Below, one piece after another: positions 43,452-55,265 of a stretch of 64,000 nt of DNA. The notes under the pieces were generated by a model. It was given only the letters and a program-made list of their open reading frames with translations, searched no databases and was not told the DNA's origin. Position 1 is the stretch's first letter. Each line of letters begins with the position of its first letter. Source of the stretch: an uncultured Methanosarcinaceae archaeon (GTDB lineage Archaea > Halobacteriota > Methanosarcinia > Methanosarcinales > Methanosarcinaceae); NCBI GenBank assembly GCA_963733675.1, contig CAVTET010000004.1, positions 288,001 through 352,000 on the forward strand, given 5' to 3'. A program made the translations under genes and the position numbers.

Positions 43452-44956
43452 TCTGGCTTCCTCCTTATTTGAGGGAAGAGAGATATTTTTATTAAGAGTC
43501 AGCAAAAGGATTTTTTTACATCCATAACTCTGAGGATTCCACTTAAAAACTCAGCTTTTGATATAAAATTCATCAGGATGTAACATCATTCGTGCAAAAA
43601 GAGGCTTTTTACTACTTTCGGGTGGTTTTATTCATTCCAATCGCAGAATGTGGGGAACAATTATAAATTTTTGCGATTAAAAAGGACCTTAAAAAGTCTC
43701 TAAATTTCTAGTCTTTACTTCATGTAGCAAGATCTAACATTACGAGCAAAAGTAAATTTTCTTCATATAATGATAGATGGTAGATATCAATTATCTTAAA
43801 TGTATACTCTTTTATTTTCCATATTATAATTTTAGTAGTATCTAAAAATATAAGAATATTGGCTTATTGCCATAGGAATTCATGGATTCAAATTTCATAC
43901 ACAGCAATAAAATACTTATAAAGATTAGTGTAATTGAAACTTAGCAAAGCTTCAAAATTTACTTTTTTAAATTTGGAATCATATCAATAAATTGTTGATC
44001 AAATCTAATAAAACGATTAATATCACTGCATTTTAAGAAAATAAATACAAATTTTTATGCTCACTATTATTAAGCAATTATTGGACATGGTAGTATTCCA
44101 AATTTTGAAATCAGATTAGGCCTGAAGTAAAAAAAGGAGATTAATACGAAAGAAATAGTACCAGTAGATCTCATGGGTGGATTATCGAGATTAATGTTTG
44201 GAACATAAAGAAATTGAGCATCCACACGAAATATGGCCTCATAGGTTAAATATCTAAGTGCATTCATAGTAACTGTACAAAGGAAAAACATCATGAATTG
44301 CCAAAAATCAAATTGCACATGTATCAGAAGAGACTAAAAATATCTAAGCACTTTGAGAAGGAGAAAGCTAAAACTCGTATTAAAACCACAAAATGTATTT
44401 TGATTGAACATTATTGAAAATTTCATCCGCAAAATGGTAGAAACCTTTTAAGGGTAATAAGAGAAGAATCATTAAATATATATTTACTCAATGCAGAGCC
44501 CTTTATATTTATGTAGAAATATAATATTGAGGACAAAAATAAGATTCCTAGTGGACTTAAAGTTATGATAAAAAATATGTAATCAATTTGGAATCCATAT
44601 ACTGTTTCGGATGTAAATATTCCACATTTAAGTCATCCATTATTGTATAACCCCGGAAGAAAGAAAGAATTGGATAATCTTTTCCGCGTCCTTAAGTTTC
44701 TTCAATGCTCTCTTTCGTTGAACTTTTAATTTAGGGTAAGTTAAGAGATTTATGCACTTGGCGATAAATCCATTTTTCTAAGTTTCAGAAATGTCAAATT
44801 TTACTGTGAAAACTAAAATGAAGAAAACTTGATGTATCAGGATGTCATAAATTTTAACAAATGTAGCATGCTCATATTGCGAAGCAGAAAATTGTTAAAT
44901 AAATAAGCTAGTGATTTGCTGAAGGGGCAAGCTAAAAAATCACAGGGAGATCCAAA

Positions 44957-46159
44957 GTGATAAATTCAATACTCGATAACGATCTTTACAAATTCACAAT
45001 GCAGCTAGCAGTACTAGAATTTTTTCCTAAAGCGGAAGCTGAGTATCGGTTTACCAACCGGGGATCCCAGCGCTTTTCCACAGAGTTTGTAGAAAAGCTC
45101 GAAAGAATCATAGAAGAGAAAATATCTAAGTTGAAGCTAACAGAAGAAGAATATTACTGGCTCCCTGAGTACTGCCCTTATCTTAAATCCATGTACTTAG
45201 AATACCTTAAAAACTTTCGTTTTAAGTTTGACGAGGTGAAAATTGGCCTAACGCAAGATAAAGATCTGGATATCCGGATAAAAGGGCCCTGGCACAGCAC
45301 TATTCTCTGGGAGGTGGTCCTTATGGCTGCAATCTCGGAACTTTATTTCGTAACCATTGAAAAGGATTGGAAGGTAAACTCAGAAAATAACTGCGCACAT
45401 AAATCTGTAATTGAAGCTTATAAAGAAAATATTCTTGAAATCGGAAAAGCTCTCGAAGAAAATAATTGTTTTTTTTCAGAATTCGGGACCCGTAGGCGTA
45501 GAAGTTTTGAATTTCATGAAAATGTAATTAAAACTCTCATTCCGATAAAGACTTTTGGAGGAACGAGTAATGTGTATTTCGCAAAGAAATATGGCTTGAA
45601 AGCAATAGGTACTGTCAGCCACGAGTGGATTATGGGTACTTCTGCTATTGTAGGTCTCAGGTACGCAAACCGCTTCGCTTTTGAAAACTGGGTAAATGTC
45701 TTTAATGGAGACCTCGGAATTGCCCTTACAGATACTTTCGGCTCGGATGTATTTTTTAAGGACATGGACACGAAGTTATCAAAAATCTACGATGGAGTCA
45801 GACATGATAGTGGAGACCCTTACTATTTTGTGGATAGGGTGATAGAGTATTATAGGAAAATTGGGATAGATCCTATAAGAAAAGTAATCGTTTTCAGTGA
45901 TGCTCTTGATTCGGAATCTGCAATCGAGATCAAAAAATATTGTGAAGGCAAAATCAACTGTAGTTTTGGGATAGGCACAAGCCTTACCAATAACTCAGTT
46001 TTCTTCAGGAAAAGTCCTCCTCTCAACATGGTCATAAAACTGCATAGAGTTAATGGTATTTCTGTGGTGAAATTAAGTGACTCTCCAGAAAAGGAAACCG
46101 GGGAAATAGATGCCCTCCGGGTCGCCAACTACATCTTTGGAAGAAAGGGACTGGATTAA
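44957..46159 (+). CDS. pncB: Nicotinate phosphoribosyltransferase
   Basis: [50 protein letters not shown]. Confidence 0.95.
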   Translation: MINSILDNDLYKFTMQLAVLEFFPKAEAEYRFTNRGSQRFSTEFVEKLERIIEEKISKLKLTEEEYYWLPEYCPYLKSMYLEYLKNFRFKFDEVKIGLTQDKDLDIRIKGPWHSTILWEVVLMAAISELYFVTIEKDWKVNSENNCAHKSVIEAYKENILEIGKALEENNCFFSEFGTRRRRSFEFHENVIKTLIPIKTFGGTSNVYFAKKYGLKAIGTVSHEWIMGTSAIVGLRYANRFAFENWVNVFNGDLGIALTDTFGSDVFFKDMDTKLSKIYDGVRHDSGDPYYFVDRVIEYYRKIGIDPIRKVIVFSDALDSESAIEIKKYCEGKINCSFGIGTSLTNNSVFFRKSPPLNMVIKLHRVNGISVVKLSDSPEKETGEIDALRVANYIFGRKGLD

Positions 46160-46603
46160 TGATGTGGTCCCACTATTACATGATTTATGTTATTATATAT
46201 AACTGAAGTCTCTAGAGAATTTCGAGAAACATCTACACATTTTAGTATTGAAATTTATAGAAATTCTATATAATGTATAACGTTTTTAATGCGGCAAAAT
46301 CAGTTCTTGCATAATAACATAGAAAATAAAATCAAGAATTATAATGTATATTATTAAACTAGTAACAGACGAAATTGAGGAATTAGACAATATTCCAGTA
46401 AAATTAATACTAAATTTTTTGCTGAAGTTTACTAGAGAACGAAATCTAGTGCTCCGCGCTCAATCAATAGATACATAAACTCAAAAATAAACTCCTAAAT
46501 AATAATAACGTAATTTAGTTAGGTATATATATTTTATGCCGCACAACTTTATAATATTGAATTTTATGTAGATGATTAAAAAATACAGTTGCAGAAGATC
46601 ATA

Positions 46604-46693
46604 GGGGATTTCGATAAATCTCTGATTTTCACGAATTTTATTATATACCTTTTATATGCATACGACAAAATTGAGGAGTTTATCGAAATCCTC
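46604..46693. mobile_element. ~90-bp MITE (GAGGATTTCGATAAA-type TIR)
   Basis: GGGGATTTCGATAAA...TTTATCGAAATCCTC flanked by ATA on both sides. Confidence 0.78.
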
Positions 46694-47366
46694 ATAAATC
46701 CAAAAATCACTTGTCAATTCACATGCAATAAAACCAAATTTTTCTGATGGGAACAATTTTTTGAAGGCTAAATTCCATCATAATTTAGCTCGAAAAGTTG
46801 TTGTTATTTTTCACCAAATATACTGAAGCTTGTATAAATAAAAAAATGTGTGTGAATGTCTAAACAACAAAATTTAGTTACTATTTTTGACAATTTAGAC
46901 CCTCAAATCTATTTGGCCAATGCAGTTGACTCAAAAAAAATTGGCATCCGTGATCAAAGTCACATTTGAGTCTTCGATGGCAATTCACGGATTATTTTAG
47001 GTCCGATTTAAAACCAGAATAAACACAATCTTCTGGGCAAGGTAATTGTGAAGTAAATATACAAAATAAATAGGATGCGAAGTTATTCATTTATTTGAGC
47101 ATTTAATTCAATAAATGCAGTGTTTTTTAGGTTATTAATAATTAAATTTTTTGGATACTCCTAGGTGCAGAAAGGAAATTTGACAATGTAAAGACAATTT
47201 CATAAATTCAAAAATCAGAAAATAATAAAAAGTCTCATAATTGAGCTGTATTTATCTTAGCAAAGAATCTTGAATATGATCTTCCTATTTGGTTATCACT
47301 CTTATTTTCAAGTTTATTATAGTAACAATATCCGACTTTAAACATGATTAGGATATAGAAGTCTCA

Positions 47367-48395
47367 CTAGAATACTCTAGCGTCCACAACCACATGCAGA
47401 ATACCAGGAGAATACTTCTTTATCCTGCGAGTCTCTAAAATTTCTACTTTCTTTTCCAGGGACTCTGCAGCTTTTCGGATCCTCTCTTGCGGTCTGATTC
47501 TGGCTAGATTTTCTGGGACCGTTTCATGATAGTGCAGAATACCCCCACTACTCTTCAGGGTTTTAATAGCCTGGCCCAGGTAATAATCCGTGTTTCCTAC
47601 ATACCCCATAAGAACGCGGTCAGCTGTTCCTTCGGGAGTAAACTTCGAGCAATCTCCAAAAATTGGGACAATTATATTTTCTACTCTATTTAGCTTGATA
47701 TTTTCCTCTAGGTAGGCAAAGGATTCAAGGTTTATTTCAATTCCTGTAATTTTTTTAGGCCTAGAATGGACAGCCATGGGAATTGAAAAATATCCTATTC
47801 CTGCGAACATGTCTACTACGATCTCTCCTTTTCCCTTCCTACTCATCCTTTTCCTCTCTTCAAGGTTGCCTTTGGAATACATCACTTTTGTTACGTCCTG
47901 CTTGAAGAAGCAGCCATGTTCTTTATGCAATGTTTCCGTCCTGCTTCCGAGAAGAAGTTCTCTTTTCGGCAGGCGAAACTGTCCTTCAATTCCAAAGTCT
48001 CTTACGACGCTTTTGCAACTTGGACACTTGGCAAGCAGAGCTTCAGCTATCCTCAATTTATTGTCTTCAAGTATTTCTGGTATTCTGACTATTATTATGT
48101 CTCCGAGAATCTGCCAGCCTGATGGGACATACACAAGTTCGGATTCAGAAAAGTGGTTTTCGAGGAATTCTTTCCAGATGTATGACTTTTCAAAAAATAC
48201 TGGATTTTCCTGCTCAATGACTGGAAAGTCTTCTACGATTTCATCTGCAGAATTTGTAAGAGGGATTTCCAGAAAATTGCCTTCATCAGTTTTGATTTTT
48301 TGGATTTTTCTGGCAGTATCGAGAAATTTTCCAGCTACTGCTTTTTTCCTTATTTCTTCCCCTTTTTCTGGAGGAATCCGGATTATCCTGTACAT
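47367..48395 (-). CDS. Trm5/TYW2 family tRNA-modifying enzyme, most like Taw2 aminocarboxypropyltransferase
   Basis: WQILGDII, KVMYSKGNLEERKRM, VDMFAGIGYF, ILHYHE, IKKYSPG. Confidence 0.8.
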   Translation of the reverse strand: MYRIIRIPPEKGEEIRKKAVAGKFLDTARKIQKIKTDEGNFLEIPLTNSADEIVEDFPVIEQENPVFFEKSYIWKEFLENHFSESELVYVPSGWQILGDIIIVRIPEILEDNKLRIAEALLAKCPSCKSVVRDFGIEGQFRLPKRELLLGSRTETLHKEHGCFFKQDVTKVMYSKGNLEERKRMSRKGKGEIVVDMFAGIGYFSIPMAVHSRPKKITGIEINLESFAYLEENIKLNRVENIIVPIFGDCSKFTPEGTADRVLMGYVGNTDYYLGQAIKTLKSSGGILHYHETVPENLARIRPQERIRKAAESLEKKVEILETRRIKKYSPGILHVVVDARVF

Positions 48396-48539
48396 TGGAA
48401 ATAAATGATAGAATACATAATATTAATTTTTTCTGTTCTAATTGTTCATGAAGAATTGATTATGAAATTAAAATGAAATTTTTCTAAAAAAGCACGAGTA
48501 AATGAAAGTACTTTTCATCTCACCATTTTTTTGACTATT

Positions 48540-48581
48540 GAGGATTTCGATAAACATCTGGTTTTTACGAGCTATTTATGT
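48540..48581. mobile_element. Left part of a 90-bp-family MITE cut by the IS6-type MITE
   Basis: GAGGATTTCGATAAAC followed 42 bp from its start by the IS6 TIR. Confidence 0.7.
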
Positions 48582-48731
48582 GGTTCCGTTGCAAAAAATC
48601 TGGCTTTCTTGCAAAATCAGAAAAAACCTTCACAATTAGGAAAGTTAATCATTTTCATTAGAAAGAAAATGATACACAAAGGTGAAAATTATAGTGTCAA
48701 AATGCAGAAATATTATTTTTGCAACGGAACC
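48582..48731 (+). mobile_element. 150-bp MITE with IS6 TIRs, copy 3
   Basis: Same TIRs and interior as copies 1 and 2. Confidence 0.92.
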
Positions 48732-50539
48732 ATGGATAGTTTATTGAAAAATCTTTTCGGTGAAAATTACCCAGATCGCTTGTGGAATGGGATATACTCG
48801 TTAATCGATAAAGATAGTGTACTCTATACTAATTACAATGGTAGCGTTTATGCATTTGCTTTAAGCGATCCAAATAACCTCCTAAAGGCATAATCAAACG
48901 CTACGTGCTAGAAGATGCAGTTACTGCGATTCAGGGTAATAACCATCAAGCTAACACAAGAGTATCTGGCCTTTCTATGACTTACGATGGCCATATTGTT
49001 ATCACCTTTAGCAATGGAGTGGCTGTTATCAATCGTGACCTCAATGCTTCTTCTGCGTCTTTTTACAAGTTTGATGATGATGAATTTGTCACTAACTCAA
49101 TTGCGATAGATGAAAATAGTAGTATATATGTGGCGAGCAATACTATCATGCGCAAGCTCGTCTGGAACGGTACAACTCTTTCTGACAATGTGGCTGATGG
49201 TGCGTGGTTATGCCCGTACACCCATTCGGTACAACCTCCAATCGGCAAAAGTGGGAATGGAACAGGATCAACACCCACTCTCATGGGTTTAGGCAATGAT
49301 CCGGATAAGCTTGTGGTCATAACCGATGGTGCCAAACATATGAACCTTGTGGTATTCGGCGTGACAACATCCCCCCTGGATCCAACCACATCGCTGGGCA
49401 GATCCCAGTAACTTGCGGTTTTTCACCCCTTCCTGAATGGATACAATCGGAATCTTCTGTAGTCGTATATGGATACGGAGCTTTTGTGGCGAATCAGATA
49501 CCGAAAACTATTAGTTCTGACCTTGTAGGCCAAAACCTAATGCTTCAATTCATGCTCTTGGGCCCTGCATATCCAGGACCATATGGCGTTGAGCGCTTTC
49601 AATGGAATACATCAACACATCAATGGTCTTCAGTATGGGCACGATCAGATGTAAAGACAAATGCGACCCCAAATCACAGCCAGTCGGGTAATATGACTCT
49701 TTTCCCTGGTTATAGATTGCCATATGGCTGGGAAGTGCTCGGACTTGATTGGAATACAGGCAAAACCGTGCATCATACTCTTCGGAGATAAGAACTTCGG
49801 AAGCGCAGTATTTTCAGGTCCACTGGAGTATTTGAAAAATGGAGATCTGATTTTCAATTCGATAGTGGGCCCAATTCGTGTAGATTATGCAACAAATCCA
49901 AGTACCCCAAGTGCAGCTCTGACAATAGTAAAATCTGCAGATCCAACAAGTTATGATACTGTAGAACATACTATCACATACCATTACACTGTGACTAACT
50001 CAGGAAATGTAGATATCTCAGCACCGATAACTGTTGCAGACGACAATGCTGGTACAGTACCTATACAAAACAGTGGTATCCCTTAGTCCAGGTTCAAGTG
50101 TACAGGAACAACTACCTACAAAATAACAGATGCCGACATTAATGCAGGTCATGTGACTAATGCAGCATATGCAAAAGGATCATTCAAGAACAACCCAATA
50201 AGTTCACCACTAACAGTTGCTCTAGTTCATTATAAACAGCCAACCAAGAAAGAAGAGCATAATGAAGAGCACATTGGTGACAGAGATAACTATGGCGGAC
50301 CTGGCTATGGTGGTTATGGCGGTACTGTAATTCCTATGATCCCTGGACCAATGTCTAGCAGCCCGATGTATGGCAATTTACCTGATGGGTATGGTAATAT
50401 ACCTAATGTATATACCAGTGGACTTTCTACAGCAGAAATACAAAATTCAGAATCTAATACCCACAAAGCTAAAGCTAATTTGAGCAAACATAAACACCAT
50501 ACAACCAAACATCATAAAACAGGGAAAAAAAGCACTTAG
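48732..50539 (+). pseudogene. Secreted/surface protein remnant (beta-rich domain, Ig-like DUF11-type repeat, Gly/Tyr linker, His/Lys tail)
   Basis: Fragments in several frames (GTGSTPTLMG, LTIVKSADPTSY...YTVTNSGNV); 5' end replaced by a MITE. Confidence 0.7.
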
Positions 50540-50684
50540 TATTAAATGATAAAAAAACAGTTGAATTTCCAGATGGGTATCCACATCTGAAAGCATTGGA
50601 TATCCTGTATTACAATTTTGAAAACGAATCCAGTTAAATATATTAGGATTGTATTTATTATAAATAAGAGAATAATTAGACGAC

Positions 50685-51640
50685 TTAGAAAAAGAAAGAA
50701 AGGTATCTTGGAAAAGTTGTCTCTACTGTATGCCCAAATACAGTCACTTCGAATCTATACCGATACTTTTCAAATCTATCCGCATCAACTATATCAAACA
50801 CTTTATCTATGTGTTCTGGAAGAACTTGTGAAAACCCATTTTCTTCAGCATATATCGCAGAGGCTCTTAAAAGTTCAATTGCTTTCCTAGCATCTCCATG
50901 TGATTTAGCTGAGATTGCAGCACATAGATTAATAGTTTCTTCAATAATAGATCCTTCATTAAATGCCAATTTAACACGGTCACACAAAATAATTCGTATT
51001 TGATAGGTATCGTATAAAGGAAAAATAAAATCCTTAAAATTCATAGAAGATTTTACTCGTGGATCTAAATTTTCGCCATAGTGAAGATCATTCGAAATGC
51101 CTATAGTTGAGATAAAGTGACCGTTATTAAGAAATTTAGATTCTCCTGCTCGACTAATATTGTAGAGAAAATCGTTTTTTTTAGATAGTAGATTTCATAT
51201 AAAACTACCACAAGAGATACGTTATTCTCTTTGATGACCTTCCATAAGACAGAATAATAATAATCTAAAGAAAACCCTTTCATTGGAATTTTAGTTTCTG
51301 GATCGACCTGTTTAATCATTTCATACAAAATACTGTTCTCCATATGCTGAATTTCACACGAAATGTAAATCCATTTTAAGGTATGATCCATTATTTTTTT
51401 ACTTTCTAAGCGTTCTATCAACTTTTGAAGCAAGAACCTTGTTACTACTGTTTTCCCTGAACCTAGATAACCTAAAACTAATGTATTCGATGGATATCCT
51501 TTTGAGTCAAGTGGTTTAAAGATTCTTGCTAGTTTAGTGATTTCCCTTCTCTTTCCTATCAATTGCGAAGGGACATGATCAGGAGATAAACACAAAACTT
51601 CGCATTATCTGAAACAGTAACTATAAGATCCTTCATAACA
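50685..51640 (-). pseudogene. Cdc6/Orc1 replication initiator paralog, degraded
   Basis: LSPDHVPSQL, Walker A GYLGSGKT, degenerate Walker B VVLYEIY, HGDARKAIELLR; frameshifts and truncation. Confidence 0.85.
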
Positions 51641-51754
51641 ATTAACTTAAATTCAATTAGGTTATATTGAAAATAAAAAAAATATAGAAAATTTTTATTA
51701 CCCTACAGATAAAACTACATAATACAACTATATAACAAAAAGGGGATCTAAAGA

Positions 51755-52219
51755 ATGGGTGTAGAAACAACTATCAGAGAAATTGCAGATGAACTTGAGA
51801 AAATAGCGACCACTAAGACTGTTGTTGGAGAACCCATTACTGCTGCTGGAAAAACAATTGTTCCCATTTCAAGAATTACTATGGGTTTCGGGGCCGGAGG
51901 TGGAGAAGGTAAGAAGGATAATGAATCGGGGTACGGAGGAGGTGGGGGTGCAGGAGTGAAGATAGAACCTGTGGCCTTCATCATGATTTCCGAAGAAGAA
52001 GCTAGAATTTTCCGTATCTCTGAGAAAAATGACGCTGGATCAATCCTTAGTGCCCTTCCAGATATGTTGCCTGATATTATAGACATGCTCAAAGGAAAAG
52101 GCAAGCATAAAAAAGAAGAAACTCTGGGAGAAATGGAGAACAAAGAAAAAAAAGATAGAGAGGAGGAAACAGCAGAATATACGGAAGCTCAAGTTAAGAA
52201 AGATAGCTGCTCGCAGTAA
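51755..52219 (+). CDS. GerW/YtfJ family protein
   Basis: TKTVVGEPI...IVPISRITMGFGAGG...GGGGGAGVKIEPVAF. Confidence 0.88.
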   Translation: MGVETTIREIADELEKIATTKTVVGEPITAAGKTIVPISRITMGFGAGGGEGKKDNESGYGGGGGAGVKIEPVAFIMISEEEARIFRISEKNDAGSILSALPDMLPDIIDMLKGKGKHKKEETLGEMENKEKKDREEETAEYTEAQVKKDSCSQ

Positions 52220-52316
52220 ATTTCTTTGAAAATTAAACTCTTTCGAGGAATTTTCAGAAATGAAAATAAAGAACTAAGTTTCTCAAGACATTTAGAACTA
52301 TTCTTTTCCTCAGAAT

Positions 52317-53246
52317 TTGTGTAGTATGCCGTTCATAATCTATCTCTTCATTTTGGTTATTCTGTTGATTATATTTATACTTTTTACAGCAATAGGCCTC
52401 ACTATCAAGTTCAAAATCATAAGTTTGAAGGAAACTAAAGAATTAAGAAGCATATTTGCTGTAAAATGGTTGTTTTTTTCACACAATTTCTTAATTGAAA
52501 TGCCTCAAACTAACAAAAAAACTATTGAGGAACCTGAAGAGTCAAAAGCGGAAAAAGTAGTGGAAACTTGGAAGGATGAAAAAAGGTTTGAACAAAGTGA
52601 AAACATAGCAGAATACATTCCAAAAACAGAATGTAAAGTGCAAGCAGAAAAAAAGAGAGATATCAAAAAGAGAGAATTCGAAGAGAAAACAGTAACTAGT
52701 AAGGGTAAAGGAAAAATTGAAATTAAAAAAAAAACTGAGGATAGGGAAAAAACAGAATCAAATGGTAGAATAAGGGGAAAAGAAAGAATTAAAAAGGAAT
52801 ATGGGGCAGAGCCTAATAATGGGATGACCACCAAAGAAATGTTTCAATGGAGCTTTAAAGCATTTAATTCTCTCAGAAAACCATTATTTTGTCTGTTTTC
52901 TGATTTGTTAAATGGAATAAAAATTAAAAGCCTGGAATCTTGCATGACTTTTTGCCTCCCAGATCCTTCAGATACTGGTATTCTCTGTGGATTTCTGCAT
53001 GCTATCGCAGGATTTGTATACAGCCGTTGTAGGCATTGCAATTTTTCCATAAAACCTGAATTCATGGATCAAATGTTTGATTTTCAGGGAAATTTGGAAA
53101 TACGTATAAAAATACATTCTTTGATCCTTCCATTCATTAAATTTATATTTAACTGGAATACTTTATCTTTCACTTACTCGGTTGTGAAGGATATACTTCA
53201 GCGAAAATGGAAGTCTACGCGGAAGCCTAAATGGAAGTTTGCCTAG
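52317..53246 (+). CDS. DUF2953-type membrane-anchored protein
   Basis: N-terminal TM, Lys/Glu-rich linker, LPDPSDTGILCG motif; adjacent to GerW gene. Confidence 0.75.
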   Translation: MCSMPFIIYLFILVILLIIFILFTAIGLTIKFKIISLKETKELRSIFAVKWLFFSHNFLIEMPQTNKKTIEEPEESKAEKVVETWKDEKRFEQSENIAEYIPKTECKVQAEKKRDIKKREFEEKTVTSKGKGKIEIKKKTEDREKTESNGRIRGKERIKKEYGAEPNNGMTTKEMFQWSFKAFNSLRKPLFCLFSDLLNGIKIKSLESCMTFCLPDPSDTGILCGFLHAIAGFVYSRCRHCNFSIKPEFMDQMFDFQGNLEIRIKIHSLILPFIKFIFNWNTLSFTYSVVKDILQRKWKSTRKPKWKFA

Positions 53247-53295
53247 AAGTCTAACTCTGAATCTTTATGAACAGGTAATGAGGATACAAGTGAAT

Positions 53296-54261
53296 ATGAT
53301 CAAAGTAGTGTCTCCCTCCAGATTGCATCTTACCCTAATAGACCTCAATGCAGAGCTCGGCAGAGTTGATGGGGGGGTAGGAATTACGCTGGAATACCCA
53401 TCCATGGAACTTTTGGCAGATAAGGCTGATAATATTGAAATTTTTGGAGGTTATGGTCTATCAGGAAAACTGAGAAAAGCGGCAGATTCTCTACTGCCTG
53501 CTGGGAAAGGTATTAAGCTCCATATTAACGACAGTATTCCTGACCATGTAGGTCTCGGTTCTGGGACTCAGGCTGCACTATCGGCAGCGGCAGCTTTAAA
53601 TAAAATTTACGGACTTGGAAAAAGTATTCGGGAACTCGCCGTTGCTGTGGGTAGAGGCGGAACTTCTGGGATAGGAGTTGCTGCTTTTGAATACGGTGGT
53701 ATCATCCTGGATGGAGGCCATAAATTTAAGGATAAACGTGAATTTTCTCCTTCTGCTGTCTCACATGTACCTCCTGGTCCTATGCTCTTCAGGAAAAATT
53801 TTCCGGACTGGCCGATTGTCCTTGCAATCCCCAATACTAAAGGAGTACATGGCTCAGAAGAAGTGGATATTTTCAAAAAATATTGCCCTATCCAGCTTGC
53901 GGAAGTCCAGGAGATTTCCCATGTAATCCTTACTCAGATGCTACCGGCAATAATGGAAGAAGACCTGGAAAGCTTCGGCAGGGCGATAAACCACTTCCAG
54001 ATTGCAGGTTTTAAGAAGCGTGAAGTCGAACTTCAGGAACGGCCTGTTCTGGACATCATGGAGTATCTGCGAGATAATGGAGCAAGTGGTTCAGGAATTA
54101 GTTCTTTTGGGCCAGTAGTTTACGGGATTGTTGGCAGCATCGAAGAAGGTAAAAAACTTCAGAAAGAATCTCAGCGAATGCTTAATGAGTCTCTTGGTGG
54201 GAAAGTATTGCTCACAAAGGCTAAAAATCGTGGCGCTGATATATTTGGGGGTTCTGCTTGA
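53296..54261 (+). CDS. Beta-ribofuranosylaminobenzene 5'-phosphate synthase (GHMP kinase fold)
   Basis: PSRLHLTLIDL, HVGLGSGTQ, GRGGTSGIG, SSFGP. Confidence 0.92.
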   Translation: MIKVVSPSRLHLTLIDLNAELGRVDGGVGITLEYPSMELLADKADNIEIFGGYGLSGKLRKAADSLLPAGKGIKLHINDSIPDHVGLGSGTQAALSAAAALNKIYGLGKSIRELAVAVGRGGTSGIGVAAFEYGGIILDGGHKFKDKREFSPSAVSHVPPGPMLFRKNFPDWPIVLAIPNTKGVHGSEEVDIFKKYCPIQLAEVQEISHVILTQMLPAIMEEDLESFGRAINHFQIAGFKKREVELQERPVLDIMEYLRDNGASGSGISSFGPVVYGIVGSIEEGKKLQKESQRMLNESLGGKVLLTKAKNRGADIFGGSA

Positions 54262-55265
54262 AAATTAATACCTGGTTTGGAATTCTTGAGATAAGCAGAA
54301 CAGGAGAAATTATAGAATCCGAGCTTTTTTCAAAGGATAGCCAGGAGCTTGCATGTCATTCCCTTGCCATAAGAGAAAACATACCAAATCTTCTGCCTGT
54401 GAAATTTGATTTGAAAGCTGCAGCTATCGATTGTAGGTTTGTAGCTTCTCCTTCAGAATACTATTCCCTTTTACACGAAGTAACTCTAAAAACTACAAAA
54501 CTTCAAGTATCAGGAGCTCTTACCCCTGATCAGCGAATTATCCAGGCTGTGGAAGCCCTGGATGACATTAATGGAAATGTAAATTCCCTATCGGAAAGAC
54601 TTTTCGAATGGTATGGGATTTATTTCCCAGAAAGCGGTCTTGGAGGAGAAGCTCTTGCCATTTTTGTTGCATATTATGGTTCACCTAAGAATATAGAGTC
54701 TGAAAATCCTCTTTATTCAAAGACCATAAATTCCATGGGTGCAGAACTAGAAGCTGCAGATGAACTGCTTCTTAAAGGCTTTGCAGAAAGCGTCTACAGC
54801 CTGTATGAAAGAAAGAGACAGATAGAAACTTATATTGAAGATAGCATGGGATCTCTTTCACCGAACCTGAAACTCATTGCAGGCCCAATTCTTGGGGCAA
54901 GATTAATAAGCATTGCAGGGAGCCTAGAAAAACTTGCCGCTTTTCCTTCAAGTACCATTCAAGTTATAGGAGCTAGCAAGGCTCTCTTCAAGCACCTCCG
55001 AGCTCGAGCTCCATCTCCTAAACATGGAATTATCTACAGTCATCATCTAGTGAATACTGCTCCCTGGTGGGTAAGGGGAAAAATCTCAAGAGCACTTGCA
55101 GGAAAGTTATCCCTTGCTGCGAGACTCGACTATTATTCAGGCGAAAAAGATCCCACTCTTGTAGAAAAACTTGAAACAAAGGTCCGACAGATCAAGGCTT
55201 CGAATCCAAAATCTCCTCAAAGAACGCAAGTAAATGAGACAAAAACCAAAAAAAGGAAGAAGTAA
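54258..55265 (+). CDS. nop5: Box C/D RNP protein Nop5
   Basis: ERLFEWYG, PSSTIQVIGASKALF, PKHGII, RGKISRALAGKL. Confidence 0.92.
   Translation: MKINTWFGILEISRTGEIIESELFSKDSQELACHSLAIRENIPNLLPVKFDLKAAAIDCRFVASPSEYYSLLHEVTLKTTKLQVSGALTPDQRIIQAVEALDDINGNVNSLSERLFEWYGIYFPESGLGGEALAIFVAYYGSPKNIESENPLYSKTINSMGAELEAADELLLKGFAESVYSLYERKRQIETYIEDSMGSLSPNLKLIAGPILGARLISIAGSLEKLAAFPSSTIQVIGASKALFKHLRARAPSPKHGIIYSHHLVNTAPWWVRGKISRALAGKLSLAARLDYYSGEKDPTLVEKLETKVRQIKASNPKSPQRTQVNETKTKKRKK

Noticed and set aside
44070-44460. Possible transposase C-terminal remnant (WIIEI-like word on the plus strand)
   Set aside because: Too degraded to assign; no terminal repeat found
47776-48408. 210-aa plus-strand ORF and similar antisense ORFs over alaS, cobA, hemD and GerW
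   Set aside because: Shadow ORFs opposite well-supported genes, with no motifs of their own
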